From: a virus
DNA length: 64,000 bases
Strand: one strand, 5' to 3'
IMG/VR virus record: IMGVR_UViG_3300034683_000117
Span: 1-64,000 of that record
Shown: positions 10,474 to 20,890 of the stretch, piece after piece
Position numbering within the stretch: the stretch's first letter is position 1
Layout of the letters: each line of letters begins with the position of its first letter
Made by a program: the position numbers and the translations under genes
Notes under the pieces: generated by a model
The model's database searches: none
Told to the model about the DNA's origin: nothing
Seen by the model: the letters and a program-made list of their open reading frames with translations, nothing else

Positions 10474-11059
10474 CTATCAGTGTGTCATTATATTCACGAA
10501 AGGCACTATATACTATTTGCGACCACGATTCTAATTTGTCATATATAGCACCAATTTCGTCTAACGTCATCCATTGACCCTCTAGCTCATCTTCTAAGCA
10601 CTGAATCTTACTGATATATGATTGTTCTGGTTCAATAATGCATACTACGGCTAAATGCACTCTATCAACGTCAGTTATAGCAGACTGAATAGTACCGAGT
10701 ACATTTATATCATATTCATTAAATCCTAAGCCCACTTCCTCATTAAGTTCGCGCAATATTCCATTGTAAATTGTTTCTGGCTCTCTAATATGACCCCCCG
10801 TTCCGAGGGAATATTGATTCAGTAATCTATCATCTCCACCGCTGACACGATGTGTAACAAATATATTATTAGTAGCATTATCTAGAATGACACAATATGG
10901 TATAATTTGTAAATAATTATAATCATGCTCGACATCGCCACGTCGCATATATTTAATATTTTTATTAATATTAAATAATAAATCTGATACTTTATCAGTC
11001 CTATATCTAAATGCTAATGATTGAGCAGGAACAACCATAACTTTTTCTTCTGGATTCAT
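10466..11059 (-). CDS. NUDIX-family phosphoesterase
   Basis: QIIPY, SLGTGGHI, RELNEEVGL Nudix box, VHL, LESWS. Confidence 0.85.
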   Translation of the reverse strand: MNPEEKVMVVPAQSLAFRYRTDKVSDLLFNINKNIKYMRRGDVEHDYNYLQIIPYCVILDNATNNIFVTHRVSGGDDRLLNQYSLGTGGHIREPETIYNGILRELNEEVGLGFNEYDINVLGTIQSAITDVDRVHLAVVCIIEPEQSYISKIQCLEDELEGQWMTLDEIGAIYDKLESWSQIVYSAFREYNDTLIGD

Positions 11060-11095
11060 AAATATAACGTTGTCCTTTCTTAATTATTTAAATTT

Positions 11096-13720
11096 TTAAT
11101 TACATCTACTCCATCCACAATCTGGGCATTGTACGCATCCAGACTCGTGTATAAGCACAGTGCCACACTCAGGGCATTTGCCGTTATCATTAATAGGTCC
11201 TATATTTGGTATATCATGAACAACATTTGGGACATTGTCCAATTGCTTGTGTTGTTTGGATAAACCCTTTAGCACATTAGCGATAGCCGATGCACACGAT
11301 TTACCAGGGCTAACTTGTTCGCCTTTACCTTTTGCAAATTGATACGCAGGACATGCTCCCGCGGATACCAATTGGTCTATAACTTTTTCAAGCGGTATAC
11401 CACCACGTAAAGCTAGTGATATTAGCCTGCTAGTTGCTTTTGTAAATACTTGGCATCCGCCATTGGCCGATTCGATAAATGTTTCTGTTATATTGCCTTC
11501 ATCATCAAAAGATACATTACAATATAACGTACCGCATCCAGTACTGAGTTTATATCTCACGCTTTTAGCTATATCGGCAGCAGGTGTGACATACCCACGC
11601 TGTAATATTTGTTGCGATTTTGTATCCGTCTTTGTTGTATTCAACACTTGATTGTCTCGACTCCCGTCTACATACACAGTACACCCCTTGCATCCGTTTT
11701 GCCACGCCATAAGATATGCGTCCCACACATCCTGGACTGTAGCACTGGAAGGCATATTAATTGTCTTAGAAATCGCATTGGTCATATGTCTTTGTATAGC
11801 AGCCTGCATTAACACGTGATCTTGCCATGAAATTTCCAACGCCGTCTTGAATAAATATCGCATGTCTATTGGAATAGCATCTATGCCGCGACAGCTCCCA
11901 TTATTGTCTATAATCTGCTTAATAACGTCGTCTGTCAGCCAACCTTCCTGTGTACCTATATCCTTAAACGTCGAATTGATTATAGTCACCATTTCACCGC
12001 GTATATTACGCCTTGTAACGAGAGAATATATAGGTTCTATGCCGCTACTACCGCATATTTCTGATAGTAGTAATTGCGTCGCACCAGTAGGTTGACCGCT
12101 TGTAACAGATAAATTGCGAAGTGGCACACCTTGTTTCTCATACGTGCTACCATACCATGCAGACGGCAAATCACGCCCGAATTCTGTAACCAGCTTAGAA
12201 GAATACGCAATAGCCGTATTAGTAATGCGTTCTTGTAACCACGTAGCAACTTTGCGACCTTCCGGTGAATCGTATTCAAAATTCATGCGTATTAAAGCGC
12301 CATGGACACCCATGTTGCCTATGCCGAGTTTACGAGTCCTTAAAACCGCCTCCTTGATAATATTATCCGGATAGTTATTAACTTCAATAGCATCATCTAA
12401 AAATCTTACAATTGTCTCAACTATATAATCAAGTTTATCCGTATCAAACCTTTTATTCTTGATAAACATTTCCCAATTAATTGCAGATAAGTTACAAGCT
12501 TCATTGTTATATAATGGAATTTCAGAACAGTTGCCCGTTACTACTCCGTTAAAGCATCCTCTATGCCTCTTAGGTTCATTAAAGCAGTACACAACATCGC
12601 ATAGATCGGGTTCGATCTTAATATCTATAATACTGATATCATCGCATACTTGGCCATCTGGTAATGCAAATGGTGCAATCATATCTCTAACTGCTAATTC
12701 TCTAGCTTGCTTGCATACCGTATTACATCCATCTTGTATATAAAATTTATGATAATCAGTACAGCGCAAAATTTTCCCATTATCAAAATAAATACAATAT
12801 ATTTGTTTATTATATCCTGTAATCTGTGGCACAACTGTGGAAAATTCATAACCATTCCAAACATTAGTAGTCTTACCAGCAAGTTGGGCTATCGGGACAT
12901 ATCCTTTATCAGTTAAAACCATCGTTTCGCCCGTAACGCAGGCATTTACTGAATCAATTGGTCCAAGCACATCTAAGGTGGGATTGTCGCGATTAATAAC
13001 ATCTTTAAAAATAATTCCTGGCTCTGCGTGTCTATACGCATTGTCTGTTATCATTTTGAATATATTACGCGCTTTAACGGTTTCGGTCACATACCCTAAA
13101 GGACTACGCAGATCAATATCTCTGTCATTCACAACAGCATCCATAAAATTATCATCTACAAGTACACTCAGATTAAAGTTAGTTATGTCTTTGTGATCTT
13201 GTTTGCAGGTAATAAACTTCTTGATATCGGCATGGTATACATCCATTACTATGATACCTGCACCGCGACGTCTTGCTTGCATGACAACATCTAGCGTAGT
13301 ATTGAATATTTTCATAAATGATACTGGGCCGGATGATTTACCGCCTGTTGAACCTATAGGTGCGCCTTCTTCGCGCAATCGGCTGACGTTTAACCCGATG
13401 CCGCCACCCATTTTGGTCACATTAGCAGCACGCTTATTTACATCAAATATTGAGTTTAAGTCATCTTCAATCTGGCCGATAACAAAACACGAACTGAACA
13501 TATTATTGCGCCCAGCGTTCATCAAAAATGGAGTAGCGGGAATCCAATAACCTTCTATCATCGTATCATAAAAACGTTTTGTCCAATATTCCCGATCTTC
13601 TTCTTTTTCTGCTTGAGCAATAGTTTTCGCCACACGCATAAACATTTGTTCGGGTGTTTCACCATCTAGCAGATAATCTTGTTTGAGCAAATTCATTGCT
13701 ACATCATTAATCTTATACAT
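11096..13720 (-). CDS. nrdJ: Adenosylcobalamin-dependent (class II) ribonucleotide reductase with intein
   Basis: PATPFLMNAG, SSCFV, GGGIG, EPGIIF, N(A)C/SE, RKLGIG, QPTG, SGIEP, AISKTIN; C-terminal TSCPD-like domain and Zn ribbon; no nrdB nearby. Confidence 0.92.
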   Translation of the reverse strand: MYKINDVAMNLLKQDYLLDGETPEQMFMRVAKTIAQAEKEEDREYWTKRFYDTMIEGYWIPATPFLMNAGRNNMFSSCFVIGQIEDDLNSIFDVNKRAANVTKMGGGIGLNVSRLREEGAPIGSTGGKSSGPVSFMKIFNTTLDVVMQARRRGAGIIVMDVYHADIKKFITCKQDHKDITNFNLSVLVDDNFMDAVVNDRDIDLRSPLGYVTETVKARNIFKMITDNAYRHAEPGIIFKDVINRDNPTLDVLGPIDSVNACVTGETMVLTDKGYVPIAQLAGKTTNVWNGYEFSTVVPQITGYNKQIYCIYFDNGKILRCTDYHKFYIQDGCNTVCKQARELAVRDMIAPFALPDGQVCDDISIIDIKIEPDLCDVVYCFNEPKRHRGCFNGVVTGNCSEIPLYNNEACNLSAINWEMFIKNKRFDTDKLDYIVETIVRFLDDAIEVNNYPDNIIKEAVLRTRKLGIGNMGVHGALIRMNFEYDSPEGRKVATWLQERITNTAIAYSSKLVTEFGRDLPSAWYGSTYEKQGVPLRNLSVTSGQPTGATQLLLSEICGSSGIEPIYSLVTRRNIRGEMVTIINSTFKDIGTQEGWLTDDVIKQIIDNNGSCRGIDAIPIDMRYLFKTALEISWQDHVLMQAAIQRHMTNAISKTINMPSSATVQDVWDAYLMAWQNGCKGCTVYVDGSRDNQVLNTTKTDTKSQQILQRGYVTPAADIAKSVRYKLSTGCGTLYCNVSFDDEGNITETFIESANGGCQVFTKATSRLISLALRGGIPLEKVIDQLVSAGACPAYQFAKGKGEQVSPGKSCASAIANVLKGLSKQHKQLDNVPNVVHDIPNIGPINDNGKCPECGTVLIHESGCVQCPDCGWSRCN
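12530..12940 (-). mobile_element. Mini-intein (137 aa) in NrdJ
   Basis: Begins CVTGETMVLT (block A), CTDYHKF (block B), ends VYCFNEPKRHRGCFNGVVTGN followed by +1 Cys; no endonuclease domain. Confidence 0.9.
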
Positions 13721-13735
13721 ATTTCCTCCTTACAC

Positions 13736-14143
13736 TTATAAAATTGATATATATTCACAAGCCTCGGTTAAGTTATCTGATATGATGTCTATATTCCCTA
13801 TTAACCAAGGGTGATTTAACTGCTGGACATCACCAATAGCAATAACTAATTTACCAATAGTGTGAGCATATATAACCTCTCCAAGAGTACCAATACTAGT
13901 TTTGGCCTCGGGTAACGTAAAATCTGCTAATAATATATCGGAAATATTGATTTGGTACTTATTAGAAACAAAAATTAGTTGTGGATCATATTGTTCTGGG
14001 TTATCAATATCAAACCCGCACAATGGATCAATAAATGATATATCATACATAGCTAATGTGTTTTTGATATTGGTGCGATACTGGTTGACTATACCAGTCG
14101 GTAATCCGCTTAATGGTCCTGCGATATAAACCCTTTTCTGCAC
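13736..14143 (-). CDS. Nucleoside 2-deoxyribosyltransferase family protein
   Basis: VYIAGP...DILLAD...SIGTLGEV.YA...GK motif. Confidence 0.8.
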   Translation of the reverse strand: MQKRVYIAGPLSGLPTGIVNQYRTNIKNTLAMYDISFIDPLCGFDIDNPEQYDPQLIFVSNKYQINISDILLADFTLPEAKTSIGTLGEVIYAHTIGKLVIAIGDVQQLNHPWLIGNIDIISDNLTEACEYISIL

Positions 14144-14169
14144 ACTTGAACCTTCTTTCTAAATATTAT

Positions 14170-14220
14170 CTATCCCTTATAGTATAATTATATCATACGA
14201 TACTCTGATTGTCAAGCGTT
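14170..14220 (-). promoter_or_regulatory. Sigma-A-type promoter with conserved spacer (copy 1 of 4)
   Basis: TTGACAATCAGAGTATCGTATGATATAATTATA; near-identical copies at ~24250, ~31590 and ~45053. Confidence 0.75.
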
Positions 14221-14258
14221 ATTTTAGTGAAGCATAAAACATTATTAACAAAATGGTG

Positions 14259-14423
14259 TTACTTTACATATTTTATTGGCAAATTCCGTTTTCTTATTTC
14301 GTTCATTGCCTTATCATAGACCGAGTGGCTTAAATATGCGGTATTAAACAGCACTATGTCGGTATTATCAAATATTGCCGTGTCAAAGTTTTTGGCATCT
14401 GCGCTAATAAATATAAAATTAAT
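14259..14423 (-). pseudogene. Fragment of a DUF2325-like protein
   Basis: Startless frame INFIFISADAKNFDTAIFDNTDIVLFNTAYLSHSVYDKAMNEIRKRNLPIKYVK*. Confidence 0.45.
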
Positions 14424-14547
14424 GTTTTATCCATAAAAATCATGGTACAAGGAGGGCAAACGCAAACATAGTATGAATTCTATATCCATACCATGCTATA
14501 CTTACATATGATAATTAGAACAATATACCTAATTATCTGAATTAAAC

Positions 14548-14781
14548 CTATATCTTAACTTTATGCATCAAAAAATCTATTATATAATCGCAACCATTTT
14601 CTACATGCGGTAAATTACAATTACTGCAATCCTTAATACCGTTGGATAATATGATATAGTTTCCTTGGCACTCATAATTGTATAGTGGACAATAACAAAA
14701 TAAACAATTTAGCGTATCTATATCATGGCATGGGAAAAATTGACATTCTGTATTTGCAAAATATCTATATGAATTCTGCAT
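14548..14781 (-). CDS. Cysteine-rich small domain protein (zf-like)
   Basis: YF.N.EC.FFPCH...NCLFCYCPLY...C.GNY...GIKDCSNC.LPH. Confidence 0.8.
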   Translation of the reverse strand: MQNSYRYFANTECQFFPCHDIDTLNCLFCYCPLYNYECQGNYIILSNGIKDCSNCNLPHVENGCDYIIDFLMHKVKI

Positions 14782-14794
14782 TGCATACTCCGAT

Positions 14795-15574
14795 CTATTG
14801 TGTTATAAACCTATCTTTACCCTTTCGGCAATACTCAATTTCTTTCTCTATGCATATCCACCTTCTGTTTGTGTTCTCTGCCGCAACACCTGTTGTGCAT
14901 ACGCCCGCTGTATTGTCTAATACCAAATCATCTAGATTAGAATATGTTTTAATTAGATATTCAAGCAATGCAACAGGCTTTTGTGTAGGGTGCAAATTAG
15001 ATTTATAATGTATATTATCTCTGGCAAATTTCAAAACTGTTGTTGGTGTTCTTTTGCCATCATTGACCCATAAGCCTGAATTGTCTGATTTAAAATTTAA
15101 ATCTTCGTCGTTATTATTTCTATAATTCTTTTTAATATAAGGTTCACCATGCAAATATTGAATATTATAAGTTGGTTGATGTTTATAAAAAAACAATATA
15201 TTCTCATGTGCGTTTAAAAACTTGCGATTAGCGTTGCCGAAATCCGTTCCTTTATCTTTTTGCCAAATAGCTTCATATCTAAATAATTGCAAATTGGAAT
15301 TAACTAATTGGCTAGTAAAAGGTTGCTTAGCGAATAATATTATAGCTCCATTGTCTTTAATAATGCGTTCATATTGTTCCCACAACTTATCTAACGGTAA
15401 TATACTGTCCCACTTACACTTTGTCGTACCGTAAGGTAAATCTGCTAGTATTAAATCTATGCTTTTATTAGGTATATATGGGAATATATTAAAACAATCA
15501 TCATTGATTATAACGCCATAATCAGTTTGAAAATATATGTTTAGAAACCAAGATGTGAACTCTATAATTTTCAC
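14795..15574 (-). CDS. Site-specific DNA methyltransferase (N6A/N4C, beta class)
   Basis: DLPY motif IV, HPTQKP, LDNTAG.CTT motif I. Confidence 0.9.
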   Translation of the reverse strand: MKIIEFTSWFLNIYFQTDYGVIINDDCFNIFPYIPNKSIDLILADLPYGTTKCKWDSILPLDKLWEQYERIIKDNGAIILFAKQPFTSQLVNSNLQLFRYEAIWQKDKGTDFGNANRKFLNAHENILFFYKHQPTYNIQYLHGEPYIKKNYRNNNDEDLNFKSDNSGLWVNDGKRTPTTVLKFARDNIHYKSNLHPTQKPVALLEYLIKTYSNLDDLVLDNTAGVCTTGVAAENTNRRWICIEKEIEYCRKGKDRFITQ

Positions 15575-15599
15575 CCCCTAATACTTGTTAAAATTAAGG

Positions 15600-16853
15600 T
15601 TAAAATAAGTCGCATCCTTGTCGTTTAAAATCTTCTACATATTTATTCCATGTGTTTTCATCCATACCATATTGTTTTTTTAAGCATTTTTTGCAATAAA
15701 ATATATTAGTTTGTCTACCATTAAGTTTAAGATTCATAGCTATAACTTGACTTCTATTAATCTTTTTACCACATTCAATACATGTATGATTGAAAAATCT
15801 TTGAGCAACCTGATAATCTAATCCTTTATATTCCGCAAATTCTTGTATTACTTTATCGGACGGTTCGTTGGTAAATACGCCTAATTTCCAACCCCCATTC
15901 AGGAATTGTTGTAAAGTACAATGTAAGGCTATCCATAATTCCTTCGATGTAAAATAATCAATTAGTAATTGGTTCCATCGTTCTATAGTTTTAGGGAACC
16001 AGTATCGATTTAACGCATCTTCAAGATGCGTTAAAAATGGACATACAACACAACCACATCGTTTATATCCGTATCTATACATTGGATTAAAATTTAAATT
16101 TTGATAAAATATATACAACCATATATCTAATTCGTCCCATTGCCTAATTGGTAGTCCGGCCATCCAGTTTTCTGGATAATAAGAATATCTATATTCAGTA
16201 GTATAATCTGCTCTTGTTTTACTCTCTGAATTACGCACACCCATAAATAAAAGATATTCTTTATGAGTATCTAAATTTTTAGTAGTCAATTCATGCTTAA
16301 ATTTAGCACAACACCCTCTGCTATGTTGACTCGGAACAAAGTTACTCCTTTTTATCCATTGCCAAAATCCTTCTTTAGGATTTACTATCCAAACATTATC
16401 AAAAGATTTAATAAACTTATAGGTGTCAGCAGATTCGTTTGATGTATTATTAAACATAATTTGTATAGTTGGATCTACGCTGCGTACAATATTGGTTAAT
16501 ACTGTACTGTCTTTACCACCACTGTGACAAATATACTTATTATAATCTGCATATTGATCTAGCAAATATTTTACGGCCTCTATACTGTCTGCTTCTAATT
16601 GTTTTAGTCGGTCAATATTAAATTGAACTAAGTCATCCCAAGACATTAATTTGTCATAATTAATTGATTTCTTCTGTTTATATGTTATCTTAAAATCATC
16701 ATCAACATGTAGCCTACCAAAATTTTGCATTTTACCATTTTTATCAAAACCTTCAATATACAATCTGTTTTGCCACAGATATCCTTCGCGTAACCCAATG
16801 TCTATACCATTGTCTTTTAGAAATGCGATATATTCACTAAAAATTGGTTGCAT
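15600..16853 (-). CDS. Phosphoadenosine phosphosulfate reductase family protein
   Basis: HSGGKDS PP-loop, RGCC..FK, GVR.SES..R, R.GCVVCP; C-terminal CxxC...CxxC. Confidence 0.88.
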   Translation of the reverse strand: MQPIFSEYIAFLKDNGIDIGLREGYLWQNRLYIEGFDKNGKMQNFGRLHVDDDFKITYKQKKSINYDKLMSWDDLVQFNIDRLKQLEADSIEAVKYLLDQYADYNKYICHSGGKDSTVLTNIVRSVDPTIQIMFNNTSNESADTYKFIKSFDNVWIVNPKEGFWQWIKRSNFVPSQHSRGCCAKFKHELTTKNLDTHKEYLLFMGVRNSESKTRADYTTEYRYSYYPENWMAGLPIRQWDELDIWLYIFYQNLNFNPMYRYGYKRCGCVVCPFLTHLEDALNRYWFPKTIERWNQLLIDYFTSKELWIALHCTLQQFLNGGWKLGVFTNEPSDKVIQEFAEYKGLDYQVAQRFFNHTCIECGKKINRSQVIAMNLKLNGRQTNIFYCKKCLKKQYGMDENTWNKYVEDFKRQGCDLF

Positions 16854-16965
16854 AACAACACTCCTTTTGTAATAAAATTCAGATTTTATAATGAAATTCG
16901 TACTGTAGAATGGCTATTTCAAGCCATTCTTACAGCCTAAAAATTTTTTTGTGAACAAAATAATT

Positions 16966-17826
16966 TTATGCACCACAATTTGGTGACAACCAGATATTTT
17001 CTGTGCGTGGTTGTTTTTGTTTGGCTGAACCTTTCCCTAAAATACCTGTACCTCTAGTTCTGCCTGCCGCGGTACATGCTGTTTGGAATTCAATGCGTTG
17101 CCATCCATTATCTTCTAATACTGTATAACATGGATGATTATATCCCGATAGTACTACTTTGCCTTTTAGATTAAGCAATATATTAATCAATTCCTCGTGG
17201 TCTTGTAATGTCATTTCACAATGATATTTGCCACCCTTTCTGGTATTTGGTATATATGGGGGATCGCAATAAAATAATGTTTCTGGTGTATCATATGTTT
17301 TGAATATTGTGCGAAAGTCGTTATTCTCAATTTGCACGCGTAACAATCTATCGCTAACCTGTGGCAACATATCAATAGTAGATAACCACGACGAACATGG
17401 ACCAGCCATATTGCGGCACGAAGTTGTAACAACATATCCCCAATTACCACTTGTAAAATCACCACCAAAGCTCATCCTTGCTACTACAAACCACCTGTAT
17501 GCACGTTCAATTTCATCATCAATATTTTGCCATGTATCACGACAAAAATAATATTCTTCTCTGCTATATGGTGTTAAACATACTTTTTGATAAAATTGTT
17601 CAAACTTTTCTTTATCGCGTAACACTCGAAAAAAGTTTACTAACCCACTATCTAAATCATTATATACTTCAACTTTAGATGGCTCTTTCGCCAGTAATAT
17701 ACTAGCACCGCCACCAAATGGCTCAACATATATATTATGCTGTGGTAATAAAGGTAAAATCTTGGCTACCATCTTTCCCTTCCCTCCAAACCACCAAATT
17801 GGTGAACGTAATCTCTTAGATGCCAT
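16966..17826 (-). CDS. Dam-family DNA adenine methyltransferase
   Basis: WFGGK, EPFGGGAS, VYNDLD, DPPY. Confidence 0.92.
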   Translation of the reverse strand: MASKRLRSPIWWFGGKGKMVAKILPLLPQHNIYVEPFGGGASILLAKEPSKVEVYNDLDSGLVNFFRVLRDKEKFEQFYQKVCLTPYSREEYYFCRDTWQNIDDEIERAYRWFVVARMSFGGDFTSGNWGYVVTTSCRNMAGPCSSWLSTIDMLPQVSDRLLRVQIENNDFRTIFKTYDTPETLFYCDPPYIPNTRKGGKYHCEMTLQDHEELINILLNLKGKVVLSGYNHPCYTVLEDNGWQRIEFQTACTAAGRTRGTGILGKGSAKQKQPRTENIWLSPNCGA

Positions 17827-17835
17827 ACATACCTC

Positions 17836-18714
17836 CTAATAATTTGTGATTAATACTTCTTGCGTAAACGCAGTGTTATTTTTGCGGTGACTGTTATTAT
17901 TTGTATAAGCAAAATCAAGATTATGGACTATATACTGTTTTGCCCACTCATTTAATACCGTGTTTCCTTTATCGCGATACACAGAAACATTACTCAAAGC
18001 AAACTTAACATGTTGTGTATTAAGCATATCCAAATATTGATACATACGCATTTCATCATTTATAGTCCAATTGTTATTTTCTGTATAGGCGGTTACAGTT
18101 GGATAATACGGAGGGTCAAGATACACAAAATCATCTTGATTGAATTGGTTAAATTCTGTAAAATCCTTATTATAAAATTCTATATTTTTGCATTTAGCAG
18201 CATAATTAAATTGCTTAAATCTATCTCGCATGTTTTGACTAAAACTTCTATTGCCACAAGATTGATTAAACAAGCCACTACGATTAAATCTAATACTGTA
18301 GTTTAAAGAAAAACATGATAAGATAAATAATAACCTTGGTGATGGGTTTTGATTATAGACCATGTCTCGAAAATAATAATATTCTTTTTTAGTGTTTTTA
18401 CCTAAATTATATTGCTGGATGATCGTGTCGATTATATTTAATTCCTTATCAACATCGCAAGTAGCTAAATATTGGACTAATTCAGCAATAAATTTGTTTC
18501 CATCATTATAAACAATCTTATTTGCGTTAACATTAATCGCAACATTACATCCACCACCAAACAAATCATAAAAAATATTAATATGCTCTGGGAATAGTGG
18601 CAATATTTGTGGTAACAGCTTAAACTTACCGCCAGTATAGTTAAGTGGAGATTTAACTAATTGTAAAGAATCAAAATATATTTTAATACCCCCATTCGAA
18701 GTTACATAGAACAT
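17836..18714 (-). CDS. Dam-family DNA adenine methyltransferase (second)
   Basis: SPLNYTGGK, DLFGGG, YLDPPY, FALSN, EVLITNY. Confidence 0.92.
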   Translation of the reverse strand: MFYVTSNGGIKIYFDSLQLVKSPLNYTGGKFKLLPQILPLFPEHINIFYDLFGGGCNVAINVNANKIVYNDGNKFIAELVQYLATCDVDKELNIIDTIIQQYNLGKNTKKEYYYFRDMVYNQNPSPRLLFILSCFSLNYSIRFNRSGLFNQSCGNRSFSQNMRDRFKQFNYAAKCKNIEFYNKDFTEFNQFNQDDFVYLDPPYYPTVTAYTENNNWTINDEMRMYQYLDMLNTQHVKFALSNVSVYRDKGNTVLNEWAKQYIVHNLDFAYTNNNSHRKNNTAFTQEVLITNY

Positions 18715-18767
18715 TTGCAGAGATTTGCACTCTGATAACCTACAACTCTGTAAACCACAAAATAGTA

Positions 18768-19646
18768 CTAATTAAGAAACGTTTTAGCTAGTCTGTTATT
18801 AGCAATATCAATATACTCTGGGTTAATTTCAAAGCCTATATAATTCCTGTGTAACCTTTGCGCTACTACAGCAACTGTACCACTACCCATAAACGGGTCA
18901 AGTACAACTCCACCTTCTGGGCATCCTGCTAATATACATAGCTCTGCCAATGCTTCCGGGAATACTGCAAAGTGTGCGCCTTTAAACGGCCTCGTTGGAA
19001 TACTCCATACCGATCTCTTGTTACGCACTGGTACGCCATCTTTCCATTGCCAACGTTCATGCCCCCTATTCGCAAGTTTCTGTTGTTGACCATCTGGCAT
19101 AATAGATGTATGGTATTTACTACTTCCGTGCATTTTTGTATCGTGTCGGCCATCATATGCCGCTGGTTCTTGTATAGCTACATAATCAAAATAGTATTTA
19201 GGAGATTTGGCCAATAAGAATATATGTTCATGAGCTGTATTACACCTATCTTTAACAGATGATGGCATTGCATTGGGCTTGTGCCATATAATGTCCTGCC
19301 GTAAATACCAGCCGTCATTGCGCAAAGCGAACGCAACCAACCATGGAATACCTATTAAATCTTTCCGCTTATAACCTGCTAATCCTCCTGTGCCACAATA
19401 ACTATCTCCTAAATTTAACCATAACGTGCCATCTTTACGTAACACACGTTTTGCTTCACGAAAAATTTGAACCAATTGATCTACATATTGTTCTGGCGAA
19501 CTCTCTAATCCAATTTGACCATCAATACCATAATCTCTTAGAGCATAATACGGAGGTGATGTGACTATGCAATTAATACTATTGTCTAACAATTGTTGTA
19601 ATCCATGTAAACAATCCATATTATAAATTTGATTTAATTCTAACAT
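18768..19646 (-). CDS. Site-specific DNA methyltransferase (N4C/N6A, beta class)
   Basis: TSPPY, WLNLGDSY, HFAVFP, LDPFMGSGT; likely start MLELNQ after GGAG. Confidence 0.92.
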   Translation of the reverse strand: MLELNQIYNMDCLHGLQQLLDNSINCIVTSPPYYALRDYGIDGQIGLESSPEQYVDQLVQIFREAKRVLRKDGTLWLNLGDSYCGTGGLAGYKRKDLIGIPWLVAFALRNDGWYLRQDIIWHKPNAMPSSVKDRCNTAHEHIFLLAKSPKYYFDYVAIQEPAAYDGRHDTKMHGSSKYHTSIMPDGQQQKLANRGHERWQWKDGVPVRNKRSVWSIPTRPFKGAHFAVFPEALAELCILAGCPEGGVVLDPFMGSGTVAVVAQRLHRNYIGFEINPEYIDIANNRLAKTFLN

Positions 19647-19659
19647 TGTTGTCTCCCAA

Positions 19660-20046
19660 TCAATATAAATACTCTTGTATTGAAGATGCGACAATAGACT
19701 GAATTAGGCCATCAATGTCAGTGAACTTAATGGCTAATATATTTCGCATATATTCGGTTAGTTGGCATTGCACCATATGGCAAATTTGCGGGGATAATTG
19801 CGTTAATATGTTGGTCCCAGACGCAGTTTCAATGCGTATTTTACGCTCCTGCACCAGTTGAGCTATAATATCTTCCGTAAGCAAACGAATATTATCAACA
19901 GTGTCGTCAACTAACTGACTAACGTTTTGATTGCTAATTATTTCAATTTCTATAGTTGATTTTTGCATTAATAGGTGAATATAAAATGTAGCATATATAC
20001 CGAATATAACGCCAACACCTAATAGTAATTCGATTAAAAGTTGCAT
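19660..20046 (-). CDS. Hypothetical membrane-anchored protein
   Basis: N-terminal TM helix; GGAG RBS. Confidence 0.6.
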   Translation of the reverse strand: MQLLIELLLGVGVIFGIYATFYIHLLMQKSTIEIEIISNQNVSQLVDDTVDNIRLLTEDIIAQLVQERKIRIETASGTNILTQLSPQICHMVQCQLTEYMRNILAIKFTDIDGLIQSIVASSIQEYLY

Positions 20047-20109
20047 ATTACACTCTCCTTGTTCTAATAGTTGTATTTATATATCTGATACTTGTATTGA
20101 AACATATAT

Positions 20110-20880
20110 TTAGAAACGATTATGACACTGACCCCAATATCCACACCATTTGGGCGAACATAAAAAATTATCTTGTTCTTTCGGGTAGAATATTTCATTT
20201 TTTATACTATTTACGACACCGTGTGCCGTATTAATAAATCGGTTTATATCAGTCTGTGTCCTGTATGTTTCCATACGAATAATTTTAGGCTGTTTAGTTT
20301 TAACTAAACAATCTAATGCTAACTTAACGGGGACTCCACCGTATAAATAATTATAGGCTAATGCGTAAGCCGACAATTGTAAATCAGTTTGCACATGATT
20401 GTCTGTAGGAGTTTTTTTATATACTTTATGGTCTATTACCTGTTGTTTGTCGTCTACTAAGTCAATATACCCCAGTAGAGGCACATCTTCAGCAATTTCT
20501 GGTATAATAATAGTGAACTCTTTTTCAACTGCAACAGGCTGAATCATAGGCGCATGAGTACGCTGGTATAAATCTACAATAGCTACACCAGTATCTTTCA
20601 GTTCCCCAGGTTTTTCATCTTCTGTAAATTGTGTTTCTGCCGCACCTTTATCGAACACATCGGCAAAAACTTCTTTAACATCTTCAACAGGTAAATCTTC
20701 ATGAGTATCTATCTTTTGTGAATAATTGTATTCAAATGCTTCATGCACACTCTTACCCAATGTCAATGCCCCAGACGGGGGTATTTTTAATCCCTCCACA
20801 TACCGAAAATAATACTGTGCTGGGCATCGTAAATACATATTAATTTGTGTCACCGATATATGTTCTTGTGGAAAATTCAT
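20110..20880 (-). CDS. PD-(D/E)xK nuclease (RecB-like/Cas4-like)
   Basis: S.TQ...Y..CP..YY, GK.VH, GYIDL..DHK, QL..Y, C..CGY...C. Confidence 0.85.
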   Translation of the reverse strand: MNFPQEHISVTQINMYLRCPAQYYFRYVEGLKIPPSGALTLGKSVHEAFEYNYSQKIDTHEDLPVEDVKEVFADVFDKGAAETQFTEDEKPGELKDTGVAIVDLYQRTHAPMIQPVAVEKEFTIIIPEIAEDVPLLGYIDLVDDKQQVIDHKVYKKTPTDNHVQTDLQLSAYALAYNYLYGGVPVKLALDCLVKTKQPKIIRMETYRTQTDINRFINTAHGVVNSIKNEIFYPKEQDNFLCSPKWCGYWGQCHNRF

Positions 20881-20890
20881 TGCTTTTACC

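Noticed and set aside
20110-20880. Cas4 as part of a CRISPR system
   Set aside because: Stand-alone PD-(D/E)xK nuclease in the replication operon; no array or other cas genes
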